DNA of 64,000 nucleotides, taken from the NCBI GenBank assembly GCA_946965045.2, contig OX337240.1:2170001-2234000 (forward strand). Direction: 5' to 3'. Source of the stretch: Epithemia pelagica (taxonomy: Eukaryota; Protista; Bacillariophyta). The translations under genes were made by a program, and so were the position numbers. The notes beneath the pieces are model-generated. The model made no database searches, had not been told where the DNA came from, and saw nothing but the letters and a program-made list of their open reading frames with translations. This document shows, piece by piece, positions 21,731 through 32,655 of this stretch. Each line of letters opens with the position of its first letter. Position 1 is the stretch's first letter.

Positions 21731-23911
21731 TTAGAAGATCGGGAATTTGGGGAATCGCCGTTCACGTTCCAAGGCTGCTCGTCGAATGGCTTGCCAGGCC
21801 AACCATCCTTGTACGTAGTTGATGGCCATGACCAAGGCCCGCGAGGCTAGTTTCCGGTACCACTTTTTGGGGCGACGCACGCCAGTGGTAGTCTCTTCTT
21901 CTTCTTCTTCACTGTCGTCTACTGCAGAGGCAAGAGTCAGTCCGTGGTGATCCAACGACCACAACTCGGTCGCGGTAGCAATGTCGTCCAACAACCCTTT
22001 GAGACATTGTGTGTAATCCAAATCCATATCTCGAAAGACACCACCCGGTTGAGCCAACATGGGAACGGCTTTTTGCGCTTGTGTGCGAAATTCTTGGGTA
22101 ATGTCCAAGACCAGTTGATTTAACTCCTTCTGGACTTTTTCTTGGTTCAAGCTTCCGTCCGCTTCCTCCTTCTGCAACGCCTGTTCGTAGAGAGAGCCAT
22201 AAAGATTGCGTAGCGACTGTAAATGTTCTTGGTAGAGACCTCGTAGTTGGTCGCCTACTTTGGTTTGGATTTGTTCTCGGCTTGCCTTGTCCAATTGCGA
22301 ATTTTGTAAACGACAAAACAGTTCATCCAAAAAGGTGCTGGTCGGAGTGCCAAAGTCCATGACGCTGGAGCTTGCCTCGGCAAGACTGGCAGTCGTAGGT
22401 TGTTGCTGTGACAAGTAAGATTCTTCTTGTACTGTTTGCAGGTATTCCAGCTGGCCCATGGCCCATTCCATCAACATTGTTTCCTTTTCAAGAGAATCAC
22501 TGTCTTTGATGGGATCGTCCAAAGCAGGAGTCACATCATTGGCTGATTCCAAAACGCCTCCCATGCTCTTGTTCGAGTCGTTGTTCATCATGAGTGGGTC
22601 ATGCACGGACTGCATCGTCGTTACACTCTGCCAGTTTACGCCCTCATTTGTTCTTGACGATTGGGATGCATCCTCATTCACGGCATCAGCGGTTTGCACC
22701 GGGCCATTTGGGTTCACCCCAAGACTCTGGTACACACGTTCCATCAAGAGTGGAAATGCAGAGACGGGAAGATCAATCTCGTGGTGTTGATCGGATGCCA
22801 AGTGTTGCTGAAGCCTGTGAATGGACCAATCGTCCTTGTTCACAACCGTGTCATGTGAATACACCTCCAAGGTTTCCACTGTTTCGGGAGGAAGCAGATT
22901 CATCCACTCCGGATCCAGTGTCATGGATGTCGTGGTATGTTGCAGAGAATCCTCTGGATCATTCGTACTGTCGGGATCCACGAATGGACCAGGGACCACC
23001 ACCCTCAAGTGACCTTTGCTCGGTTTATTTCCCGGATCTGGGTTGGACACTAGCTTTCGACGACCAAATCCACGTTGAAGTGCATTCCGGAGGCGAATCT
23101 GACTAGCGTCAGTCGCGGCCGATTGCATCACGTTGTCGCCAAATGGTATCACCACCACCACCATATCACTGAGCCATGCCAGGGTTTCCGACAAGGATTC
23201 CATTGTGGAACCCATCGTCTCGTCCAGGCTTGCCGTCGAGCTGGCAATATGCTCCGTAAGTAGTGCAGAGAATTGGTAAACTGGGACCATGGTATCGTTG
23301 GTGGCCTGTGCGTCAGTGTCACTCACTGACGACGAGGTCGAGCGTGGAATGAGAAAGGTTCTCACATGCATGGACCTCAACGGCGACTTTTGCAAGTCGC
23401 TCTTTTGTTCCGGTGGACTAGGAATCCATTCCAAAACAGTCACAATGTGGCAATCTTTCATATTGGCGCTCTGGTCTGGAAGGATATCACTGGAAGGAGA
23501 CGGTTTCCATTCCACGGCTTCCTTGTTGATGGTCCAATCCTCTTTGGCAGCTGTCACAAACGATGTCACGGTGGAGAGCTGATCATCTTCCTGTGGATCT
23601 GGATCCGTGCCGTGGTCCAATCCAGATCGTGTCGACGTTGAGGGTTGATCTCCCCCTCTTGCGACACGAACAACGCCAAACAGACTCAGGGAGGAGGCTT
23701 TTCGACGTGTTCTTGTTGTTGTTTGTAACGAAACTGGAAGACGGCCATGTTCTGCTTCTAGTATTAGTTGTTGAGGTGGTGACTGTGGAACGGAAAGCGT
23801 CAAGGAAGGAATTCCATGTACCGAGAACACGCCACTCATCCAAAGCACGGTATATGCAACCATGATTGGAGTGAACATTATTCTACAACTCGCCGTTGCC
23901 ATCATGGTCAT
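21731..23911 (-). CDS. Hypothetical secretory-pathway protein (726 aa) with N-terminal signal and helical C-terminus
   Basis: Long ORF with a hydrophobic N-terminus (IMVAYTVLWMSGVFSVHG) and a C-terminal hydrophobic/basic tail. No family was recognised. Confidence 0.75.
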   Translation of the reverse strand: MTMMATASCRIMFTPIMVAYTVLWMSGVFSVHGIPSLTLSVPQSPPQQLILEAEHGRLPVSLQTTTRTRRKASSLSLFGVVRVARGGDQPSTSTRSGLDHGTDPDPQEDDQLSTVTSFVTAAKEDWTINKEAVEWKPSPSSDILPDQSANMKDCHIVTVLEWIPSPPEQKSDLQKSPLRSMHVRTFLIPRSTSSSVSDTDAQATNDTMVPVYQFSALLTEHIASSTASLDETMGSTMESLSETLAWLSDMVVVVIPFGDNVMQSAATDASQIRLRNALQRGFGRRKLVSNPDPGNKPSKGHLRVVVPGPFVDPDSTNDPEDSLQHTTTSMTLDPEWMNLLPPETVETLEVYSHDTVVNKDDWSIHRLQQHLASDQHHEIDLPVSAFPLLMERVYQSLGVNPNGPVQTADAVNEDASQSSRTNEGVNWQSVTTMQSVHDPLMMNNDSNKSMGGVLESANDVTPALDDPIKDSDSLEKETMLMEWAMGQLEYLQTVQEESYLSQQQPTTASLAEASSSVMDFGTPTSTFLDELFCRLQNSQLDKASREQIQTKVGDQLRGLYQEHLQSLRNLYGSLYEQALQKEEADGSLNQEKVQKELNQLVLDITQEFRTQAQKAVPMLAQPGGVFRDMDLDYTQCLKGLLDDIATATELWSLDHHGLTLASAVDDSEEEEEETTTGVRRPKKWYRKLASRALVMAINYVQGWLAWQAIRRAALERERRFPKFPIF

Positions 23912-24173
23912 GGTGATTACGGTCGGTTGGAATTGTGGGGCTCAACTTTTCTTCCGCGACCTATAAGCGATCTTACGGGAAGTTGGATCTTTTGAAGGCG
24001 AGTTCCACGTGTTCGTCCTGTAGCTAAATGAAACGCTAGGGCGTTTCGGGGATCGGACGCAGGGATTTTTGTGATGGATGCAAATGAAGATTGGCCGTCT
24101 CCATGTTCACTCTTTCCTTATAATTACATCGCCCACCATAGTTTGTATCGGATTGGAAATAAGTTTGACAATA

Positions 24174-25256
24174 ATGAAGTCTCTAGTTCTCTCCGCGATG
24201 TTGTTGCTTTTCTCTGGACTTTTCATTGTTGTCGGGGCCTCTACTCAGACAACCGGTTCGTCGGCCTTGCTGTCCTCCTTCTCACAACTTCAAAAGGGCT
24301 GGACGCAAGCCGTTTCCAAAAGTGATCGATGGCGCAAGGCTCGTGAAATGGTGTTGCGGGAACAAGCCGTCGAAGATTACAATGGTCAATACATTGCCTC
24401 TTGCTCTTCCACGGCACAGGCCTGTCGTCATCGAAGATTGATTGCTCTACCACTCACAGACGTCTTTGATCCTCCCATGGGTGTCTTTTCTCATGGACAT
24501 GTTCAGACAGGGGATAAAATGTCCTTGCCCTCAAATTTCTGGGCCGCCATTGAATTGAACAAGGCCGAAGTGCCGTGGTTGTATTCAGTCAAACGAATTG
24601 AACCGGAAGAAAAGGATGACGGCGGGGATGAGGATGAGAACCCATTGACGACGCCTCCACGGGTCGAGTTTTGCAGTGGAGATGGTAAGGGAGAAAGTAC
24701 AGAGACTGATTCGCAGAAACATGCTCCATCACTCCACGAAACGGTGATTGCCGAACAAATTCCGGCCAACACAACCTTGAATCAAGTGATTGGAGGTCCG
24801 TTGGATTATCGTGCTCCAGCATCCTATGTATTCTTGCCGAATTGGATGATGCGGGCCTTGGGGGTGCGTCCCGGAGAAATTGTCCAAGTTGACTTGATTA
24901 CCACTACACCACCTGGTTCCTTGGCGAAATTTCGTCCCCATTCGGCGAAATTTGCCAAGGCCATTTCCAATCCACAAGCCGTCATGGAAACCGAGTTGCG
25001 TCATTATTCCAGCCTAACACGAGGAAGTACGATTGCCATGGACTATAATGGACAGCGGTATTGGTTTGATGTTGTGGATTGTCGAACACCGTCTTCTTCC
25101 ACCAAGGGTGGAGGGGTGAGCGAATCGGTTCCCTTTATCAAGTGTCAAGATTGTGACATTGCCACCGACTTTTTGCCTGATCGAGAAACTCGACGAGAAC
25201 AAGCTCGTAAGAGACGAGAACGACTTCAGGAACAAAGACAGCAAGCGGAAGCGTAG
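24174..25256 (+). CDS. UFD1: Ufd1 (UT3 domain) with signal peptide; probable symbiont-specific ERAD-like (SELMA) sUfd1
   Basis: GDKMSLP, DYRAPASYVFLPNWMMRALG, KFRPHS, NPQAVMETELRHYSSLTRG and YWFDVV match Ufd1 UT3. The N-terminus MKSLVLSAMLLLFSGLFIVVGA is signal-like. Confidence 0.85.
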   Translation: MKSLVLSAMLLLFSGLFIVVGASTQTTGSSALLSSFSQLQKGWTQAVSKSDRWRKAREMVLREQAVEDYNGQYIASCSSTAQACRHRRLIALPLTDVFDPPMGVFSHGHVQTGDKMSLPSNFWAAIELNKAEVPWLYSVKRIEPEEKDDGGDEDENPLTTPPRVEFCSGDGKGESTETDSQKHAPSLHETVIAEQIPANTTLNQVIGGPLDYRAPASYVFLPNWMMRALGVRPGEIVQVDLITTTPPGSLAKFRPHSAKFAKAISNPQAVMETELRHYSSLTRGSTIAMDYNGQRYWFDVVDCRTPSSSTKGGGVSESVPFIKCQDCDIATDFLPDRETRREQARKRRERLQEQRQQAEA

Positions 25257-25678
25257 CAGAAGTAGCAGGAACCAGTCCGGTGTTGTTTATTGCCAGGCGG
25301 ACTGTACTCCAACGTCGACAAACAGCTCCGGCCTATAGAGATTGAATAGCCAAAGCAGTGTGTTGAAGAGGACAATGAAGAGCCCTGCGTGAGATCCCCT
25401 GTTGTAGCGTCAAGATATCACAAGCTTTAGGGATCCTATGAAGAAGAAGCAGTATGCAGTATTATTAATATGAACCGTACATAGTTATGTGTCGCCGAAA
25501 AATAGACGAAAAGAGACTCTTACGCATTTCACAACTGATTGCATGGATAGATCAGGAGGAATCAGCACCTCTGTTGATATATGTGTTTTCTTTGTGGGAG
25601 TGATCCCACGAACAGAACCCCCGTCAAGGTTGGTCCCACGGGGTTGCTCCCCCCAAAGCTCATGCATCCAGTCCTTCT

Positions 25679-26647
25679 TCACAATGGAATAGCAGGCTCA
25701 TCATCTTCCACAAATGACAGACCTTGAAGTTCGGTCGATTGGACACGGTTTCGTGGCTGCTGCACAACCTTGCGTGCTCCTGGAGATGACACGGATGGTT
25801 GCGAACCACTGACGGCAAGCGATGAAGACCAACAAAAATTGTAATCCATGGACGACTTTTGGGGAGTCAAGGGCAACGGAAGAGGAGGAGGAACCCGGTG
25901 AAGAAACGAATTTCCCGAGTTCCTCATGGGAAGCATGGGAATGCGATCAGATCCAGACAGATTGATCGATCCTCTTGATTTACTTTTTCGATGTTTTTTC
26001 CCATTGCAGGACGTTGTGCTCAGTTTGCTTGCCCGACTGGACTGCTTCTTGCGTTGACGCGATGGTGTACTAGAGGCGATGGAAGATGCCCGTCGGTGCG
26101 TTCGTGGACCACTACGCTGCTGATCAATTGCCGGAAGGAACCAAAACAAAGGCAAGCTTCCAAGGACATCTTGGTCTTGCTTTTGATCGAGCGTTCTCTG
26201 TTTGGTTCGAGATTCGTTCGTGGCATGAGGAAGAATATTGGGAAGAGATTTGGTGCGACGGAGTGGTGGTTTCGGGAAGGACGTCGAGGTGGAGGCAGCA
26301 TAGGGTGAGAAGGAATGGAAGTTTTTGTTCGGAGGTGACTTGCAAGTTACAAAAGGACTCCTATGACTGCGATCAGACCCACGCGGCGACATTGTGTTCA
26401 TATCTCCGAATGCCGGCTGCTCTAGCACAGACTTTGGACTTTCATGAACATGGGAAGACATGAACTTGAGAGATGGTGTTGACACTTGAACGTGGGGAAG
26501 CGATTGTTGTTGATAGTGCTTTTCTTGAGGGCCGAGTCTATTCGAGTGAACGAAATGTTGATTCCCGTCTTCGCGACGAATATACGACTGTGGAAGAAGT
26601 GGTTGTAGCGGTGAAGAACGTCCATTGGAGGTTTCTAGCACATTCAT
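25679..26647 (-). CDS. Hypothetical Ser/Pro/basic low-complexity protein (322 aa)
   Basis: Long ATG-initiated ORF with no recognisable domain. Confidence 0.5.
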   Translation of the reverse strand: MNVLETSNGRSSPLQPLLPQSYIRREDGNQHFVHSNRLGPQEKHYQQQSLPHVQVSTPSLKFMSSHVHESPKSVLEQPAFGDMNTMSPRGSDRSHRSPFVTCKSPPNKNFHSFSPYAASTSTSFPKPPLRRTKSLPNILPHATNESRTKQRTLDQKQDQDVLGSLPLFWFLPAIDQQRSGPRTHRRASSIASSTPSRQRKKQSSRASKLSTTSCNGKKHRKSKSRGSINLSGSDRIPMLPMRNSGNSFLHRVPPPLPLPLTPQKSSMDYNFCWSSSLAVSGSQPSVSSPGARKVVQQPRNRVQSTELQGLSFVEDDEPAIPL

Positions 26648-27303
26648 TCTCGAAACAAGGTCAAACTGGTTGCTTCTCCTCCCTTCGGAATATTGTGAGC
26701 TTGATGATTTTCACGATTTCCTCGAAAATTAGGTATCGTGACAGGAGTTTTGTATGTGCAAGTGCGGGGGAAATTTCTTCTCCGTCATCCGATTATTGCG
26801 CTTGCGCAACATTGCGATCCCGCATACCTTCTGTAGTCGGAGTTGCGGCCTCCTATTATAATACCCAGCGGTTCATTCGTTCAATTGAAGAGAGTCGTCT
26901 TTTAGAGATAGAGATACATCTCTCAAAAGGATTGCGCGACAGGCATTTCATAATCTATATCATGTGAAAAGTAGAGACGACGCATGCCCCATTACCTGTA
27001 TCGGGACCAAGAACAATTACTTAAAGTATCTGGAGACGTCGTAAGTATGCGTGCTTCCCTTTCCTATGTATTCTATGCGTGTGACCTCCGCCAGTCATGT
27101 TTGTCCTTGATGGACACGCCCGGTGACCCTAATCTTTGCGCTCACACAACCCATGCCACTTTTCGCCACCTGCCGAGGTTCGTCAACGCAGCTTTTAGAC
27201 TAGGTACTAGACACTTTCCAGCAAAAGAATTCGCAATATCCGTATCAACAATCAACATTCAACATACGTCTCTTTAGAAGTTGAGAGCTGGTGAAAGTAA
27301 AGC

Positions 27304-28239
27304 ATGGGACGAGCATTCGTTTGTAGAGGATTGGGTGGTCTTTTGTTTATGGCTTTGATCACCCAATTTATTCCAAGAGTTTCTGCATTAGTCTCTGACC
27401 TTTCAACGACTTTTTTGAAGAGCTCACGAAGTCACAATCACCAGGATCTTTTCACCATTAGAAAAAGAAGATGTCAAGTTTTTGGTGTTCAGCAACCGTT
27501 TGGCGAGCAACAGTATTGGGAAAAGTGGTATCAGAATCGATCTTCCACTCCGTTACAAGACAGAGATCATATGGGAAGCAAGAATGAGCGTGGTGACTTT
27601 AGTTGGTATTCCGGATGGGAAGATATGCGTCCATTTGTTTACGAGTTTGGGCTACCAAGTAGCCCTCGTATCTTCATTCCAGGGATCGGTATGGACATAG
27701 CACTCCTTCTAGACATGTATCAACAAGATGGATACCGTGACTTGACGGCAATGGATTATGCACCGGCTTCTATTGACTATGTTCGCGATCAATGGCGTCG
27801 ACGATGGCAAAAAAGCGGAAGCTCTGACAATGGTGTTGCACCACCCGATCTAGATTTGTCTGTGGTTGATGCAAGAGACATGCCCTACTCGTCTGAATCA
27901 TTTGACCTCATATTGGACAAGGGAACCTTGGATTCAGTATATCTTTGTGGAAGTACAATGTCCGAACGGGAGGAGAACTTACAACTAGCCGTTCAGGAGA
28001 TGCAGCGCGTATTGAAATCAGACGGGGGATTGTTTTGGTCGTTATCAGGGATTTGTTCGGACTGTTTAGCGAATGGAAACAGCGATACTCTCGGAGCTGG
28101 ACGTTACGACTACGATTGGTGGCCCAAGGAAGCATGGGAGAGCTGTGCTGACACACGAGATGGACATCTGTTTATTACGTCCGACGGATACACAAGCAAC
28201 AACCTCGACGGGTCGTTGCTGGTATGGAGAAAGAAGTAG
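27304..28239 (+). CDS. Class I SAM methyltransferase (METTL13-N/EEF1AKMT4-like) with N-terminal targeting peptide
   Basis: Motifs YWEKWY, FSWYSGW, IFIPGIG, MDYA, DARDMPY and FDLILDKGTLD. Confidence 0.85.
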   Translation: MGRAFVCRGLGGLLFMALITQFIPRVSALVSDLSTTFLKSSRSHNHQDLFTIRKRRCQVFGVQQPFGEQQYWEKWYQNRSSTPLQDRDHMGSKNERGDFSWYSGWEDMRPFVYEFGLPSSPRIFIPGIGMDIALLLDMYQQDGYRDLTAMDYAPASIDYVRDQWRRRWQKSGSSDNGVAPPDLDLSVVDARDMPYSSESFDLILDKGTLDSVYLCGSTMSEREENLQLAVQEMQRVLKSDGGLFWSLSGICSDCLANGNSDTLGAGRYDYDWWPKEAWESCADTRDGHLFITSDGYTSNNLDGSLLVWRKK

Positions 28240-28717
28240 CCTCATGACGTTCGTATCATGGGTCTCTGCGTCCTAAAATCAACATGAAACACGAGCTCCA
28301 GTCATGGTCAATGCTTCAGACGAGCCTGTTGCCTCTCATTTTGTTTGGGTGATTCTCGCTTTCGTTTCTGTAACTTAAGATTCAATAGTCGAACAGTTGA
28401 CGCCATGGAAGACACAAAGTAGCAGTCACAATTGGTGTGCGAATCTTTCCACGAGATCAGAATCGTGATGCGGAAGACGCTCTATAGAGTCAGATCGTCT
28501 CCATGTCCGTTCTATGTCCAGTAAGACCAATGAGATGCATTACATGCCATGCTTAGATATGTATACAATGACTACTTCTCTAGCTCAACAACGGGCTTGT
28601 CCCCGATGCAATGAGGCGGTAAAATGTGCAATGGCGGAACATAAAAACGGATGGAACTGGTCTTTTGGCATTTGCTGTCTTTTGCTGTACCAACTCAGGA
28701 CATGATTGGGTTCGGCA

Positions 28718-29675
28718 TTACGCCAACATGGCTTTGATAATCTCAGAACTTAGCTCTTCATACACTTCCTCCCAAGACTCATTGTGATCGTTCGTGAATG
28801 CGCCTTGCATCTTTTCCTTCAAGGCGAACCGGAGAGCTTCACCCATATAAGGGAAATACGACGGAGTGACTCCAAAATCTTTGTGCCTTTTACCAACTTG
28901 GGACTGTTCGACAAATAAAGAGCATCGAGAAAGACCAGTTAGCAATAACATGAGAGCAAGATACATGGTACTCAGTGTCAACACGTGAAGGCCTGTTTCG
29001 AAGCCAACACGACGACAACGACATTGGAGTTCCAGGAAGCAACACGTTGCATGAAATGATCAAATATGAAAGCCGGAGCACTTTTGGTTTCTTTTACAAC
29101 GGAATCTATCCACGGAGAGCATTCTGTGACACAGCGTTGATCTCATGTGGTTCGGTTCGACGACGGTCGACGACGTCGACCGTTTCTTCCTGTTGGAAAG
29201 TATATCACTGTATTTTTCCATGACTCCAGACACAGTAGATAACACAGAATGTTCAATAATAATGTGACTCACCAGTACTTCTTGAACGAGGTCAGTATCC
29301 GGGCCCAACATTTGTAATACAGAGTCAAACATGGAAACGACCGTGTGTGCATGAACCGACGTGCTTATATCGCCTTCAATGGGCTCTTGATCTTTTGCAA
29401 AGCCAAAGACAGCCTTTGTTCTGGGTTGCAGTTCAAATAATCTGTAAAACGCACAAAAACCGAGTCCATTGAGCTGCCTTTCCATAACAAATAATGACCA
29501 ACCATTGGTGGTCACGGGACGAGAACGCTTTTTTCTCCCCAAAATCGCGCACTTGGAATGCTTACTTTTTCAGCATGAGCGTTCCGAGTTCATCTTCAAA
29601 GTTGGAGGATCGTCGCTTACAGGTCTCCCAGGTTTCTGTGACCCTCGATATTGTGTTGTATCCCATTTCCTTCAT
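28718..29675 (-). CDS. Single-domain 3/3 globin; exons 29675-29566, 29441-29273, 28903-28718 (154 aa)
   Basis: The spliced product has W(A12), LFELQP, CD1 Phe (AVF), E7 His (HAHTVV), F8 His (VGKRH) and H-helix W. Both introns are GT-AG (29442-29565, 28904-29272) and keep the frame. Confidence 0.92.
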
Positions 29676-31872
29676 GGTTGCGCTTTAGTGTTGTTGTTGT
29701 TGTTGCTTACTGCTGCTGACGTTATGCGTTATGCGATTTTTGATTTTGACCACAATGTTCTGTGCAAGAGTACAAGGGCTTTCCCCTCTACAATCTACAA
29801 CCAGCAACCAGCCCCCCAAAGTTGTCATTGGACTGTGTACAGATTCGTACCAGACCATCGGGTGCGTGAATAATGTACCGATAGGGAGTAAATGCCATAG
29901 GGGACTGATAGGACATCGTATGCACTACGCCCAACACGCAACACGCAGAGTACTTATTACGATGTATGGAATGCGAACCTGAAGGTACAACCTTAGACCT
30001 TAGGTCGGATCCTTTTCGTACACAAACAAACAAGAACAATGAAATAATAGCCCTTCCAGCTTCCAGAATCAGCAGGACAACAAAGGCCAACCAGGACCAG
30101 GGACCAGGGACCCAGCGACCACTAAAAAAACCATAACCAATAACCAATTCTACTATTACTCGTATCAACATCACCAGATCACCAGAGTTGTACTCTTACA
30201 AGTACTTGTACGAGTACTCGTACTCGTACTCAAAGAAAATAGTATCCTCGTTAAAGTACGTTACTGTAGGCCAACAGATAAATGGATTTAAGCCTCAACA
30301 CATAAGCCAATTGTACTCAACAAACCAAAAGTTGTACCGCCAGGGAGTGAATGGATCACAGCTAGAGTAGTAGGAGTAGGAGTAGGAGGTAGACTAGGAG
30401 TAGGAGTATATCGAAGAGGAGGGTCCCAGAAGAGGAAGTACTCCTAGGAAAACATTCTGGAAGGAATAAGCCTCTCTCTAGTAGAATCTAGAGGGTACCT
30501 AATACCTTATCCCTTAGGCATGAATAATCTTATTTTCCACAAGTTATATGGATGCTGAAACGTTTCATGTTTCTATGATTCTTAACAGCTTCCTCACAAC
30601 TAGGCATATAGAGCGCGATACATTACTAGGAGTAGCTCCCCCCACAAGAGGAGTAGGTAGTCTAGTGCCTACTAGGGTGTCGTGCCCATGGAGGCCTAGT
30701 TTGCGCCCAAATCGAGGGTTTGGGAATCTGGATTTACTTCACCAATATCCATGATATACCCATAAGGATCAAGCATTGTAGACTCGAAACAATGCCTAAG
30801 GTCCCTGCAATATCACTTTTCATAGAACCACCATGGTTATAGAGATATTAATAGCTAAGGCATGGCCATTGTCGAACTTCGTGCCATTGTGGGCATGCTG
30901 GGTAGGTAATAGAGACTGTTGCAATAAGACGCCATATAGGGGTATGGAGCACATCCAGGCCATCAAAAGCATTAGGACTGATTTGCTGACGATGTGGTAT
31001 ATGTGCATGCAGTGCAATGCTGCCATACTCGGCATTCGTTGCCATTGAACATTGTGGCCATTGTTGGCACGTGCTTTGAGGTCTTGTCTGTGCTTCGTGC
31101 CATATATTGCCTCACATCTTTCCAAAATCAAACATAGAACACTCGTTCCCTCCTCTGATCATTCAACAACAATCACATGCAATATGCATTCAACTAATTC
31201 AGAATCTTTCGCATGTGATACGAACTTTGCTTTGCTATTTCGGTAGTTCTAAAGATAACAATCATTGTTTTCCATCTTTAGAATTGAAAAGTTGGCATAG
31301 GAAAATCAAAAAGAGTTCAGCAATGGCAACGACAGCAACCAAGCAACCCCAGAAGAAGAACCCTAGCCTCTCAGTGGGTACAAAGGCCATCATCAAGACA
31401 GGTAATATTCCCTGCATCATTGTGAAGGCCAGGGCAAAGATGGAGTGGACCGTGCAGATTGTGGATGAAAATGGCTCTTTAACCCAGGATGAAGTCGATT
31501 GTACCTCCCAGATGTTGCGGCACATCAGGAGGCACAAAGGAGAGATCTTCCCTGGAGAACCACAACCACCAAAAAATGTAGAAGGAGGAGGCACCAATGC
31601 ACTGCAAGGAGGGGAAGTGGGAGCGGGAGCCTGGAGGAGCATCAGTCAGGTGCAGGAATGGGAGAAACCGTGGAACAAGCGTCAGGTGGGACAGTGGCAG
31701 GTACAGGAGGGATGCTAGGTGAAAGTGAAGGGATGACAGGTGTAGGAGTAGGAGGGACAGGTGTAGGAGCAGAAGGGACGCATAGTGTAGGAGCAGGAGA
31801 GATGGGAGGAGCAGAGGGAACCTGTCCCATGTAGGAGTAGGAGGGACAGGTGAAGGAGCATAGGGAACGGGT

Positions 31873-32655
31873 TGTTACAATTCTTTCTGAATCGTAGGGA
31901 CATTGATGCTCGGTAGAGCAGACAATCAGGTAGGTCACCAACCGATACAAGCTTCTCAGGGTCAGAGAAGCAAGCAAGTCGAAGTCTATCAGAAGGATAG
32001 TCGGGACACAAAAGAGGATGTGATAAATGGTGATATTGTTAGATTGTGTGTTGATTACTACGATAGGTCTACGTGAAATGTTCGGTCCTGCCAAGGGTCA
32101 TGTGTCATAGGTTCTTGGCGGCAACAGGTTTGGAATAGTTGGAGTTGATTCATGTGATGTATATGACATGTATATGTGGGCGGATAACATATACAGGGTC
32201 AACAGCTCTTGCTTTGGGTTGGCATAGTTGTTTTCATGGCGCGCAGCTTGTTGACAATTTGGAGATTGTGGGAATGGAAATATGGTCTCGCGTGATCGTG
32301 TGTCGTGCTTGGGATACTTAGACCGTTGGATCGGATAGATGCCGATAGCGCTCGGATGTCGCTTGGGCGCGCTCGATGATTTCGGGCGCGTACGCTTAGG
32401 GCGTTAGTATAATGTCCGAGCAACGGCCAAATTTATGTCCGTTGTAATACCGCACGACCCAGTTTAGTCTTGAGAGTGAGTTCGTCAATCTATTCTCACT
32501 TTTCATGATTTGCGAAGAAATATAGGTCGATATAGCGCGAAGCTAGGAAACATAGCTCGAAGCTAGAGGGCATGATGCGATAGCACGAGGCTATGTGACA
32601 TGGGGAATCGATGAGATGTAGAATCTAACCACCATAGACGGTGAGAATTCTAACA
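31873..32655 (-). repeat. 3' LTR (783 bp)
   Basis: Direct repeat of 39474-40256. Confidence 0.96.

Noticed and set aside
31642-32094. Pro-rich ORF reading out of the 3' LTR
   Set aside because: It is a chance fusion of LTR sequence with the antisense of G-rich host-element repeats.
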